From positions 652,759 through 716,758 of the forward strand of contig CM082593.2 of NCBI GenBank assembly GCA_040954595.2: DNA of 64,000 nucleotides, in the 5' to 3' direction. The translations under genes were made by a program, and so were the position numbers. Position 1 is the stretch's first letter. The number at the start of each line of letters is the position of its first letter. This DNA comes from Balanoglossus misakiensis. Taxonomy: Eukaryota > Animalia > Hemichordata. Below, piece by piece: positions 25,035-37,479 of this stretch. Below the pieces are notes generated by a model that saw nothing but the letters and a program-made list of their open reading frames with translations, had not been told where the DNA came from and did not search any database.

Positions 25035-28000
25035 ATGGACGAGGCCTACAACGGGTCTCAGCTACGAGACCATGCTTGGGGTGAAGTCACCAGTTTGTCG
25101 TCAGCTATCTTCGAATTATTGACGTTTTATTTTTCATGTTTATGGGCTTATTTATTGGTCTGTTTCGTCCGTTCTGCAGGGAGGCATTTGCACGGACCAA
25201 ATTCAGCAGTTGAAAAAGAATCGTCATCAACTGACAACTCGGAGAGTAGAGAAGACGTCACAAGCGTGCAAACAGAACAGCTCGCTACAGGTTGCTGCGA
25301 AAGACAGCGACATATAATTCTTGCCGGCTATGGTAAGTTGTATTGAATTTCTGTTTAAAGGTCATTTCCAGTCGTTTGTAAGCGCGTCCACTTCGATTAA
25401 ACTTGAAGAGTCATCATTAGGGCAAGCTTTAAACACTGTCCGGCTTGAAAGACAGCAAACTGCTTGACGAAATCCACCGTTGTCGTTTCAAGTGATTGAA
25501 AGCACGAAGTAGGTAATGTTTCGTCCACCTTCTTGATGCAAGACAATTCAAATGCTAATATCTCCCACATATTGACGCAGCATTTCACACTTTGTCCTCC
25601 GTGGTCCCGGGGTTCTAACTAGTTAATCGACCTCCCTTTTATTTTCTCTAAAGATATTTCTGGAAGGCAAATAGAGCTGGACGTTGGTCGCTGCAGGAAA
25701 GCGTGTGATTCGCGTCAACATCTCCATCGACTTCAAGACGACCCACCCTCAGATTTAAACATCACCAAGGCGATACTACAAAGCGTTCGAAGGGTATGAA
25801 ACATAATTTATTCTTTAAATCGTTACGAGCGATGTGACCATGCTTGACACAGAAAGCATCTGGTTTAATCTAGTTGTGCGAGTAGTACTTTTTGACGAGC
25901 GACACCAAAACACTGTACGTGGCGTGCCATGTATGTAAGTAGTTTCTGTGACAAGAAAGTGGCCCATCTGATGTACAACGTTGTCCCGTGGTTATTGCAC
26001 TAAACTCCTCAGTGTCTGGCCACCTCTCTGTTTATCCGTCATTTCAAACTGACAACACTTTCTGTCACAAAGCAAACTTCTCTTTTGTCTATCTTTGGCG
26101 TCCTCTCCCTAAAAGTAGAAGAACAAAATTGGGTGTTAATACCCCGACCGCCGCTAATTACGCTAATTGTATTTGGTGAGCACACAAGCTGCAGTTACAA
26201 TATAACACAACAATGAGATAAGAGAGAATAGACAGGTTTTGGTATGCTCCTCCCTTGGAGCGCTATTCTGCGGTTTTTGATCGTGAATTTTGTCCACAAC
26301 AATTTGAAAACTCCTTCGCGTCAACACTAGATTTTACATGCACACTTATAACATATTATAACACTGCACGGAACGGTTGATCAAGTCGCCAAGGAAATAT
26401 TCCTCGACTATTTCACAAAACGTGAGACAACAACCGACACTCATGGACACTGTGATCAAATATCATCCGGTCCGTACCTAGACCACCACGACATGGATTT
26501 TTGGGGTAAAGGGCGTTCTCTCGCGTGTGCACTGCATGCCGACTAAAACTGCCAGCCAGCGCTTATAATGTGCACCTCGGTGAACAGTGAAAACACTCGC
26601 TGTCTGCTCTCGAAATTCTAACCACGCACTGCAATTTAAAACCGCTTGGCGAGAGAGACGGGGACTGTCTCCAACACCATCTTTCGTCAAAATCATCGTC
26701 GTCTTTTCCTTTTGTATCAGTCGGCGTCTTCATGTCCCCGCCATTCATCCTGCGAACCGACGCACCTGGCAAGAGAGCGCGTGCACCTGGTGGGTGACCC
26801 GACAGAGTATGACGTCATCCAAGAGTGTCACTGTCAGCCGAAGCCTCAAGAATGCGAGAGGCAACCACGTCACGTGACCATCTTCCCTGATTCGCCTTAC
26901 CAGACGATAGTTGATGTTGGCGTTTGTACGGGACGTTGTCAACAAGGTTGGTCCATTTCCATAAAAGTTGGTTTTGCATTGATAGGTCTCGTGTTGTGGT
27001 CATTGCATTTTGTTTTGATACAAACACTTACTAAAACACATGTCCTTTTATTGCAGGAGATAGCATAGAATGTAGGTCGATCAAAAACAAAACTATCACT
27101 GTAGAAGGGCCTGAAGGTACGTGACTAGGATTATCACTGTAAATTATTTAATCTACAAATGTGACAGACAGACAGACAATACTTATCAACTAACTCAGCG
27201 TTGAGTGACCGTGAACTAACTAACTCAGTCATGAACCATAGACAAATTTGTGTAACTCCTTGTCTACTCAGGAAAAGAATGCATAGACGTGATTGAAGAG
27301 TGTGGCTGTACATCAGAGTGCTACCGAGTTCCGCACCGTGAGGTTTATTATGAAGTGATGTACGACAAGAAACAAAACAGGACGGTGGAAAAACTCAAGG
27401 TGGGTTATAACATCATCATCGTAACACTTTCCGATTCAAGTGATCAGCTGTATTACCATGGAGACCTCACCATCTCCTCCAATTATCATCATCCTCATAC
27501 CCGTCAACTTCATCGTAGCAACATTCCTACTCCACGACCAGAGTGACCGACGCAGGCAAGGCACGTGACCGCCATGTCAATTGCTAGGCACCATGCAACT
27601 CACCTCAAGATCAAGTGTCAATCCCACACTCTCATAACAATATACACGCTGTCATGACAACACATGCTTGCCCCTGAAGAATCTCGAATTGATTAATCTG
27701 TTTACATGTTTGTGTCATTCGTGCCGCACCTGCTACTGTGGTACAAAGACTCGAATAAATTCAGACAAATAGGTTGTGAGAGTTTGGATGGAAAATTCCC
27801 AAACGATGACATTCTTTCATAGATCTGTCTTTTCTCTTAAATATTCACAGGAGATCGACATTGGTCGCTGCATTGGAACGTGTTCTAGTGGAAATCATCT
27901 GAGATGCGTCATGAGGTTAGTAAGCCCTCTATCGATTTGGAGAAAGCAAAAATTGTTATAACGGATTTCGTTCACTTGTTTGATCAGTGTTAACTGCAAA

Positions 28001-28383
28001 CTCGACATTCATCATAAAATAGAGAGATAGGGAAACAGTACAGTTGGACAGGCCACAGTCTGTGGAGTGACTGTGCACTGGCATAGAGACCACGCACGTT
28101 GATTGATTGCGTTCAACAGGTTGTTTGCGTATGAAACAATGTACAGGTTTAAAAACAGTAAAACCTTTCGACTGGTTGACACTACTGTTGTAGAATAAAT
28201 AAACAATGGTATTTACATTAACTTTGAATTGACAGGTCCCGAGCAAACCCAGCTGTTTGTTTGATGTCTTTGGTGAAGAAAAACGTGGCGTGCTTACCGA
28301 AGACCTATACTACTCATGAATTCGTGTCGCCAGGGGGCGCTGCCAAGACCGTCCTGGCGATCAATGACTGTTCATGCAAGTAG
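25035..28383 (+). CDS. pnhd: Pinhead, secreted protein with three cystine-knot-like repeats (BMP/ADMP modulator)
   Basis: Exons ~25035-25332 (hydrophobic segment, then GCCERQRHIILAGY), 25654-25793 (ELDVGRCRKAC), 26721-26946 (VIQECHC...VDVGVCTGRC), 27057-27116, 27272-27399 (VIEECGC), 27851-27915 (IDIGRCIGTC), 28236-28383 (INDCSCK*). Three D(V/I)GxCxxxC...CxC repeats. It lies directly upstream of ADMP in the same orientation, as known for pinhead. The start codon is uncertain. Confidence 0.88.
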
Positions 28384-31300
28384 GGAATGCATGTGTTTTG
28401 CAAGAAGGTACTCGGAGTCGTTCTGTTTGTCTCCACAACAGAAATATTGTCCCTCCAGTCAATCCATAGGAAGGTTTACTCCAACCTTGAAGATAGTTTC
28501 ATTGAGAGGAAGTGTAGGTCAACTGTACATATGATAATCCACATGCAAACAGCTGTGGACAGTTACCGTGGGAAAACGCATAACGATAAAGTGAGATGAA
28601 AATTAACTTTCATATCCAATATCAAGAACGAATGTTATCATCTTTAACTATATGAGCTGATGTGAACTTTTAGTCTAATCTCCACGTGGGAGATAATTTT
28701 TTGACAATTAACTTTTGTATATAGTTTCCGTATTCTCTTATTTGAAGTAAGCGTTGCTTGAAATAATGTAAAATAATAATAAGATTTCATATAGTCGACT
28801 TTTATTTGTGTGTATATGAAAATTGGAATTCGGCCGCGACGATAGCCGTCATTGACATTGGGCGGGACCGAGGGTTCTCTTATTCACTTCTTTATCTCGG
28901 CTTCGTGTGTGCAGTCCACCCTGACTCGACATTTCAAGAACTATACGTGCCCTTACAACGGCTTTTACTTGCCAAAATGTTGTCAATAAACAACACATGC
29001 GTATACTCTCCAAAAGATATTGTATTGACCTCTACATACAGCTGCAACTCAAATGATTTCCCACTGTTTTGCTTACATACCTGAGAGTCAACCGTGTTTG
29101 ATCTGTCCTGTCAGGGATTACAGAAAAACATCACCATCACAGGTGCACGTGTTTTCCCTCCTCGGTGGCCATTTACCAAACACAGATGTTCTTATCTTTT
29201 CACTTCATGGGAAACCATTCGAAAGCATACTCGATGGTCAACTTTATACGTAGCTATGGTTACCACTTGTAGATGCCCCCTTGCGTGTTTTGGAAGAGAG
29301 AGAGGGCTAGGGGGTGAGACAGAGATAAACCCAAAACTTAAAGTGAATCCATCGTGGTCCGGTTCATCGACATTTAGGTTCGTTGACACGCGATCGATCT
29401 TTGAGTCGGGAAGTTTAAAAGTTCAAATTGTAAAGGTCGTTGCTTTCCTCGGTGTGTGTGATACCCAGGAAGGCATTTGTCACGAATTTACATCTGGTAA
29501 CTCATTTAGACAAACAAAGGACGACAATGGTGACGGTACAGGTTGCCATAAACTCCGCAAAACAATACTTAATGCCATCAAAACTCTGTTTTGATTTCCA
29601 ACTGTTTGCAAAAAGAAATATACCAGCAATTCCCGGTATTGAATGTCAGTTAGATGCTACGAATTGACGACTCGGTTTTTTGAAAATAAATTGAGAAAAA
29701 TTATCTCGTTTAATTAACGCTATTCACTTCGTAAAGATGTTCGTATCATTAGCCATCTTGTTTTCTACCTTGGTGGCAAAAATGGACGCCGAAAAGTGAA
29801 GGTCGCCAAAACCAATTACCTTTCATCTGATAATGAGATTAAAATGTCCAATCCGATTGAAAAGTGTCACTTATCTATCACATTGGTGTAATTCAGTAAA
29901 CGGACCACCATTACAACATTCTTGGCGAGTTTGATGCCTGTAATTAAACTCTGAATACGGCGTACAAATTGCAATTTTAAGACTGGACATCGTCGTATCT
30001 GTCCAATTAGGGGAGTGGCATCGTCGAGTAAACATAAATGGGGGCGTGGATATGGAAGTCTTTGCCGCAAAATACTGCCAATAGATTAGTCGATGATGCA
30101 CGCAGTAGTTACCATGGCAATGCAGATATAAGCATCTGTACGTTTTAACTAACAATCATCGCCTTTTGTGGTTATTTCGACTACCAACGACAAGCAATAT
30201 TGTCGGTGGGCACTGAAAGAGCAATTAAAGTAACCGTGTACATTTTATTGGTGTGATTCTCGAAAATAAAAGACGTGCGGAATTGCGATAAACAGGAAAT
30301 GAGCCTTAACGGCGAACACCTGTATAGCGACCGCACTGTCAGTGGAAACAATCGGCGACTAACAAGATTTTACGCTTGATTTAGCAAAGCCAATGGGTGG
30401 TCGGGAATCCACATTGTGACAATTGTTGAAACAACACAACCGTTTGCTTTCCCTTCGTTCCCGGATTATATCAGCAGTGTGGGGCTTAGGAGAAGTTCTC
30501 TTACTTGGTTATCGATAAACTCTTGATGAGGGTGTTTAAATAAAAAAGAAAATAATAAATTGATAGATAGTGCCCCACTGTGGTTGTATACATGATACAA
30601 CTTTCTCACCTTGTTTTCACGAAAATGTGGGCTAGAGATTTATTCGACGCTTTATTAACTCAACCAGATTTATATACCCATGTATATGTATTCCACCAGT
30701 AAGTAACACGCGATTTTCAATCTCTTGTATTACTCCTCACACGATTTATAGCACTGTAAACATTTACAGAAAATACTCGTTTATATCCTTACTTCTCCAT
30801 ATTCTCCGCGATAGTTGGGTTGCTAGGTAACCGATAAATTAGCTTACAGTGCCCATCACCCGTCTAATGCCTCAATTATTCATCGTCAAAAGAGGAAGGT
30901 TGATTTCTACATCAGTTCGTGATCAGACGCCAATTGAGAACGCGATTCAGAAATTCTCATGGCCAATAGGGAAAACCCGACATCACTTTCACACGACATC
31001 GAAGAATGTCACGTTGTTCTGTGGCCATGCCTATACACTCGCATTGTTTAGTCCCTTCAAACATTAATATACGCACAAAGATGTATGTTACATTTTCAGA
31101 ATGCCAACTCCAAGGTGTAAAATTTCCACCGGCCAACGTCAGTTTGTCAGAAACAGTGTCTCTGGTAACGCCTGTTTTTCGGGAAATGACGCCACAGCTC
31201 GGTGTATAGGAAACAGATGATTTCTGTGGAGTATGTTTTACGGAAGCATACAAATGCATGGCGCATGTTTTGCCAGCATAACACCTATGTAAATAATGGT

Positions 31301-32389
31301 TGGAGAAAGCGATAAATGGTGAGAGCGGACAATACTAACGTTGACAGCCCCTAGTGGGACGATTGTTTGTTTAAACTCGCCGTACCCTTACACCTAGTTG
31401 CTGATACAATAGAAAACAGGGGGAGAGAGTACATGCAACAATGAACAAGAAAACATACCCCCAATACACTACACGAATCATCGGATCAGTGATCGCTGTT
31501 CACCGTACTACCTCTCGAACTCGAGATTCGATAGTTAAATAAAGCTCTTTTTATCGACTGTGTGAACCGTATCAAGGGACATTTAACGGGAGTTAAGCTA
31601 ACTCTAACGAGACAGAACTAAGAAAAGGTGTTACAGAAACTATAAAACTTTCACTGACAGCTTTACCGTGTATGAACAAACTCAATACCTTACCTATTCT
31701 CAGAATGGTATCGACCAACACCTGGCGTAAAGCAGGGTATGTAATTTAGCTAATTTTGGCTGTTAAAAGAGCAATTTTACAAAATTTTCGATCGAGCGCA
31801 CTTGGATGACCAAGTTTGGTACGTTTCTTGTAAGTGGTCAAAAATAGTTCCACATATCCCCGTCCGATTTTCCTTCTGTTAAAGCAGCTGGTGTGATCAG
31901 ATATTAATATCTTGGCAAGGGGCCAAATTTCAAGAGGGCCGCACGATGAAAAGTTGTATTTGTTGGTCGTTGTGAGACCTACCCCCTTTCCCGCTCAACA
32001 CCTGCAATATGCCAAAGACAAGTACTTTGAAACTGGTCATTGAAATCAGTGGTAGTTGTACTCATGGGACGAGAAGTTGGTCACAGCTGGGAATCTCCTT
32101 GTCCTAGGCTACCAGTACATAGCCATTCAAACTCCATCTTTTTTCTTCATTTCTTTATTGGTGGTGAAAACCCCAATTAAATGGAGGTGTTAATGTCTTT
32201 CTGAACACCTCGCCATGAATGACATATCTTTTTGTGTTGCCTGCTAAGAGGATTGCTTCTAATTAACGTTCTGCCATTGGTTCCCTGGTTGGGCTTCACA
32301 CCTGCACATGTCAACCTGTCAATCAATCGTGGATAATCAGACAATTAACAATTGGTCGTCGCCGAAGCTATACATCCGAGACAACCTCT

Positions 32390-32405
32390 GGCGCCAGTCA
32401 GTCTG
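32390..32405 (+). promoter_or_regulatory. BMP-Smad/Schnurri silencer element (SE/BRE), GRCGNC-N5-GTCTG, upstream of the ADMP ATG
   Basis: GGCGCC AGTCA GTCTG is an exact match with the 5-nt spacer, ending 107 nt before the ATG at 32513. Confidence 0.7.
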
Positions 32406-32512
32406 CGGCTCAGGTGCGACCAATTCACAGGGGTTCCCCCAAAACGCCAACTTGTCTGAAATCCATTTTCTGATTCGACGACAATCCCCGTGTACGTAAT
32501 CTTGCCAAAAAT

Positions 32513-35500
32513 ATGCAGCTTTGGGGAATTCTCCTCCTGCTTGGAGCGTTTCTTCCATCCGACATGGCTTCTCCGGTTCCGGACATGGCAACTGATCTGA
32601 GCAAGTTTTCCAGAAAGATGGAGAACCGCGAAGAGATCAGCAACGTGGTGCGCGAACAGGCAATCGAGCAACTTTCTGAAGTATTCGGCATTCCCAATCG
32701 ACCACAGCAAAGTCTTCTCAACAAGAAAGCACCTCCCCAGTTCATGGTTGATCTGTACCGAAGCATCGCAGATGAAGGAGGCATCACCAGAGCTCCAAAC
32801 CCGTACCATGCCAATATAATCCGATCGTTCCCAAATAAGGGTATGTTGTACCGCTTTGTCTGAACTTTCTAACACACTTTCTCTTTTTAAAAGACAGGAT
32901 TTAACGACTTAAGTTGGGCTTGATTTCGAGTGAAATACTTCAAGATATCCGATTTGAAGTCTTTAGTTAGTGTGTAAATGTGTTGGAATTTCACGAATTT
33001 CAAGTTGAGAGTATTTCATCTGCTGCTTGGAGAACTCGAGTACTCTAACATTTCAATGCAATGCAAGACCATGTGTCCACCGGACATGTCTCTGCGTCCA
33101 AACCAAGCAACCACTCTCAAATAACGCACATTCCAAGTTTCATTTAATCTTTAGGTTATCCAGCTTATTCTACAAATCGTACACTTAGAAGTACTCCGTT
33201 GCTAATTAAACGGGGATTCACTCGTGCAATTCATCACATCCGCGCAATCTTTCAGCCATGTCTAAACCTAAGAATGAATTTCTGCGCAATTTTTGATACG
33301 ACGATGAAAACGTCCATTGGCGTGATTTCCTTTTCAGTGAAAGTGTCAAACCCTTTAAAACGTGTGAAAAGTCATTTTAAGTTTTCAAAGATCTTTAATA
33401 AGACGTTCGCACCTTTAGCAGAATGAACAAAAGACCCTTTAACACCGAAACTCAAACCAAACAAAACCAAAGTTATCGTCAATAGAAATCTGCCAATCAC
33501 GAAGTCTGAGATACAATGTCTTCAAGATTCTGTTCAAGATCAGGTTGAAACAAAGTTCGGTGGATCCCAAGCCTTGTCGTCTTCAAGTTGTGAATCTGCC
33601 AGAGTAAACCCGCAAAACATGCTACATTTATTCCCCCACCTTCGATTCCTTCATTATATTACAAGAAAGTGTCCTAAAGCGCGCAAGGTGGCGGCTTGGC
33701 GGAGAATTTAGTCTTAAAAGCTTTTGCGGCAAATTTTGATGTTTTCAGAGATTGTTGAAGAGTGCTACTTCAAAACGCCCGCCTGCTTGCAGATACATGC
33801 GGCAACACGATGCGAGGCATGCCTAACACACGGTCACCACATGTGCGGTGACATATCGACAGTGTCTTCCCATAACCCGAGTAACACCATCAATCATCTG
33901 GGGGAAGAAACGCGTCAACCGGAGTTTCATGACACCGAATTCAGGTCTTTGATTGAGCAACGGGGAAACCTTTTCTTTCGACGAATCAGTTTTGTCCGAG
34001 ATTGTGGTCACGCGGCTGCCAGTCCAGATGTGTCGTGAAGCGCGGCGCCACACAAGAAAGACTTGACAATAATTCATCCTTGTGATAGATCAGTGTCTCC
34101 GCTGTGAACCAGGTGCAAGTTTTAAATGACTCTGTTTATTTAACCTTTGTACTAAAGTTCTTCAAACCGCGGCTACTTGTAAACTAATGCCATTCTTTTC
34201 TTTTCTTTCCCTGTCCATTAGGACAAAGATCCAAGACGTTTTTCTACTTCAATGTGTCCACCGTTCCCGTCTCCGAAGATGTCTTACAAGCTGAATTGCA
34301 TCTTTACAAGTTAAAACCAAAAGGAAGACTGGATGAAAGTCTGAAACAACATTTCTTTGAGGTATGGTAACATGCTTGACCAATTCTGCTAAGCACTCGG
34401 TGTCTTCCAACTCCTTTCTCGATGTTTTCATGAGCAATTTCACTTTTCGACATCAACGCGATGGAATTTAAGAGACGAGCTGACGGATGATTCCATTTTC
34501 CAATTACAGGTTCACGTACACCAGTTACTCAGTGAAGAATTCGATCCCAAGAACACAAGACTCATCGGAGCGAGACTGATCAGCGCGCACGGCACTGGTT
34601 GGGAAGTGTTTAGCATCACATCAGGTAATTATGCCTCTCTCTCCCTCGTCTCTCTCAATCTCTCTCTTATTGGATTCTATCAGGAAAGAACTTTTCAGAA
34701 CAACTTTTAAGAGATTTCATTTCCCCCACAATAAACCTTCTGGAATGTAATACTTATGATCGTATCCCTTTAATCCCCAGCTGTGACGACATGGTTAGAG
34801 GATCCATCCACCAATCATGGTCTCATGATTACCGTAACAACGATGACTGGGGTTCAGATTACAGACAATTCTGTGATCCGATTCGCCAAGAAGAAAGAAC
34901 ACCATGGCAGCAAGCAACCTATCATGATCGTCTTTACAAACGACGGGCGGCCAATGACAGATGCAGGATCTGTAGACGGTAGTGGAAGTAAGTAAATCAT
35001 GCAAAGTTATCATTATCCGGGGCAACTCTCTCTTTCTCTCAGATTTGTGGAAACTTAACATTAATTATTACGCGTTTTCCACCAACTCAAGACACTTTCC
35101 ATTTTCGCTTTACAGGCAGCATTGACTACGACTATACCTATGATTACATCATGCAAACCTACGGTGATATACTTCGTCCCCAAATCGAACGTCAGCGCAA
35201 GAGGAAACCAGAAGTGAACACCAGCACCAACAGATATCAGGAAGAGTCCACTCGACAAAGAAGGGGTGCTGGCTCTGAGAGACCAAGCGAACCTGCACCG
35301 ACCAGGCAATGGAGAACACCCTGCTCCAGGCAAAAGTTGTACGTCGATTTCGAGGAGATCGGTTGGTCTGGTTGGATCATCGCTCCAAGAGGCTACAACG
35401 CTTACCACTGCAAAGGAGAGTGCCCGTTCCCCCTCGGCCAGGCATCGAAACCCACAAACCATGCAACCGTACAAAGCATCGTAAACGCGCTTTCAGTTGA

Positions 35501-35633
35501 AGAAGACGTAGCTATGCCGTGCTGTGTGCCAGATAAACTTGTTTCGATCAGTCTACTGTATTTCGACGAATTCGACAACGTTGTTCTCAAGCAATACGAT
35601 GACATGGTAGCAGCAAGTTGCGGCTGCCACTAA
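32513..35633 (+). CDS. ADMP: Anti-dorsalizing morphogenetic protein (TGF-beta/BMP family ligand)
   Basis: Exons 32513-32840 (signal peptide, APPQFMVDLY, ANIIRSF), 34222-34361, 34510-34624, 34781-34987, 35116-35633. Furin sites RQRKR and RQRR. Seven-Cys mature domain with ADMP-type motifs LYVDFEEIGWSGWII, CPFPLGQ..KPTNHATVQSIV and SLLYFD..NVVLKQYDDMVAASCGCH. Confidence 0.95.
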
Positions 35634-36886
35634 AAACAAAAGATATACTTTTGAACTATAGTGGGCGCACGGCGAAATAAGCGGTAGTTGATGGTGAGGT
35701 GCACGATATAAAAGTATAGTTGAGAGAAGTATGCACCGACACTAACGATAGATTTTATCCCTACCTTCGAGCAGACCGACCTGTGGGTTCACCTAACACA
35801 AGAGAGATTTTTTTAATTCAACAGAGTCAAACGAAATTTTCGAATTTTGCCAGAAGATATACATTTATAAGTAAAATATTTATAACTATGTGTTTCAGAG
35901 TTTTGACAAACTTTTTTTTATGTCGAAATACCAACTGTAATTGTCAGGAAAACTGCTTTTATAATAATCTTGTTATTCTCGTGTTTTGAGACAGAGAGAT
36001 GAATCTCTGCCTTTTTGGAACTAATACCTGCGAGGTGCTCTTGAAGAATTTCTGAGATGACCATTTTGGGCAAATCCTTACAAAAAAACGGGTCCGTCAG
36101 TGTTGTGCATTGACATATAGAAGAAATTTCAAGGTTTTGATCTGAGAGAATCTAATATCAGTGTGTAACAAAGTAACTGGAAATGTTACAAATCAAAGTA
36201 TGATGTAACTATGTCTTTTTAATGTACATAAAATGTCTATGTATATAATATTAGCTATTTTTGATGCGCGATCGGATGAGAATTCTCAAACGCACTGCCA
36301 GATTATTGCTATCTTGTTGTTACTCAGCAGGAATTCTCTACTCACACAAGATCCACAACGCATCCCTGTTTGTAGAATAGACTATTCCTAACTGATAGCA
36401 AACAAAACGGGCACATAGAAAAATTACCCAGCATATAGGGTTGAACAGGTCATTTTATGAGGGACAAATCACAGCACATAACATTGTTGTATAACTTCAC
36501 AGTATATTCTAAATAGTGGGCACATCAACACAGAGGTTGTTTTGTAAATATCTATGCTTTTTCAGATTTTAGTGTTTTCATTTTATTGTCTATATCATAG
36601 CAGTATTCATAATGCACTGACAGAGAAATTTTGTAATATGAAATATTGGAGATGTATTTTTAATGTAATAAACATCTTGTATATAATACAGATAATTCAA
36701 ATGGCTTGTTATTTAGGTCTAAAATGGGGTCATGATTTTGTGGCCTTGGTCACACAACCCTCCCACATATGCACTGACATTAACTAAAACATTAAATAAG
36801 TCAAAAACTCAAAATGAACTGAATGTCTGTGTGGATAGGCTTTTGCCTCTAGTGCGTGCAATTCATATCCTCTTTGTTCACTGGTG

Positions 36887-37479
36887 TTACGTTGTTTCTG
36901 TTATCACGGCCGGCTGAGGGTGTTTACTGAGAAGTCTGTTCACTTGCTTCGATGGAAGTTTTCCGGATTGAACCTTTCCTGCCTTGACTGCTTCCATCAT
37001 GATTTTCCGGGTTTTCTGTAACAACAGAAAATAAAGTTTATTATAAACTGCGCTGATGGGTGAAGATCCCCTAACCTTTTCTGACAAGCGGCTCTTGAAT
37101 AAAATGTTAAATTGCTCACCTCTGCTTCTGCTGCACATGTTTTAAATGCAGCGATTTCTTCAACGCAATCAGCATCGTTGTAATCATGACTTTTCCAACA
37201 AGTCATCAGGATGGTCATTTCCTGTATACATGGAGCATCTGAAATAATTCGAAAGATAAATCACATGAAACAACTGCTTTTCTAAGTTAGATTTCATAAG
37301 GATTCGAAATACAAGAGTAAGTGTGCACACCACTCTCAACACTTACCTCCCCTAGTGTTTCTCCTATTGGACACATAATCTTCAAGAATAGGTTTTTTAC
37401 TCACAGCTACTTTCGGTGTATGTCTGTTTGCTGGAATGGCCATTCTGGCTTTCCACAACATTTGTCTGGGGCTAGGCAT
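36887..37479 (-). CDS. CHCHD1: CHCH domain protein 1 / mitoribosomal small-subunit protein mS37
   Basis: Exons 37479-37347 (MPSPRQMLWKARMA...KPILEDYVSNRR), 37238-37120 (twin CX9C: CIQEMTILMTC...CVEEIAAFKTC), 37015-36887 (GKLPSKQVNRLLSKHPQ). Confidence 0.88.

Noticed and set aside
29094-29594. 166-aa ORF between Pinhead and ADMP
   Set aside because: Non-ATG start, no recognisable domain, no supporting splice structure. More likely chance ORF in regulatory DNA.
32345-32875. Antisense ORFs over ADMP exon 1, and similar shadows over nAChR, the acidic gene and METTL14
   Set aside because: Explained as reverse-frame shadows of real coding exons.
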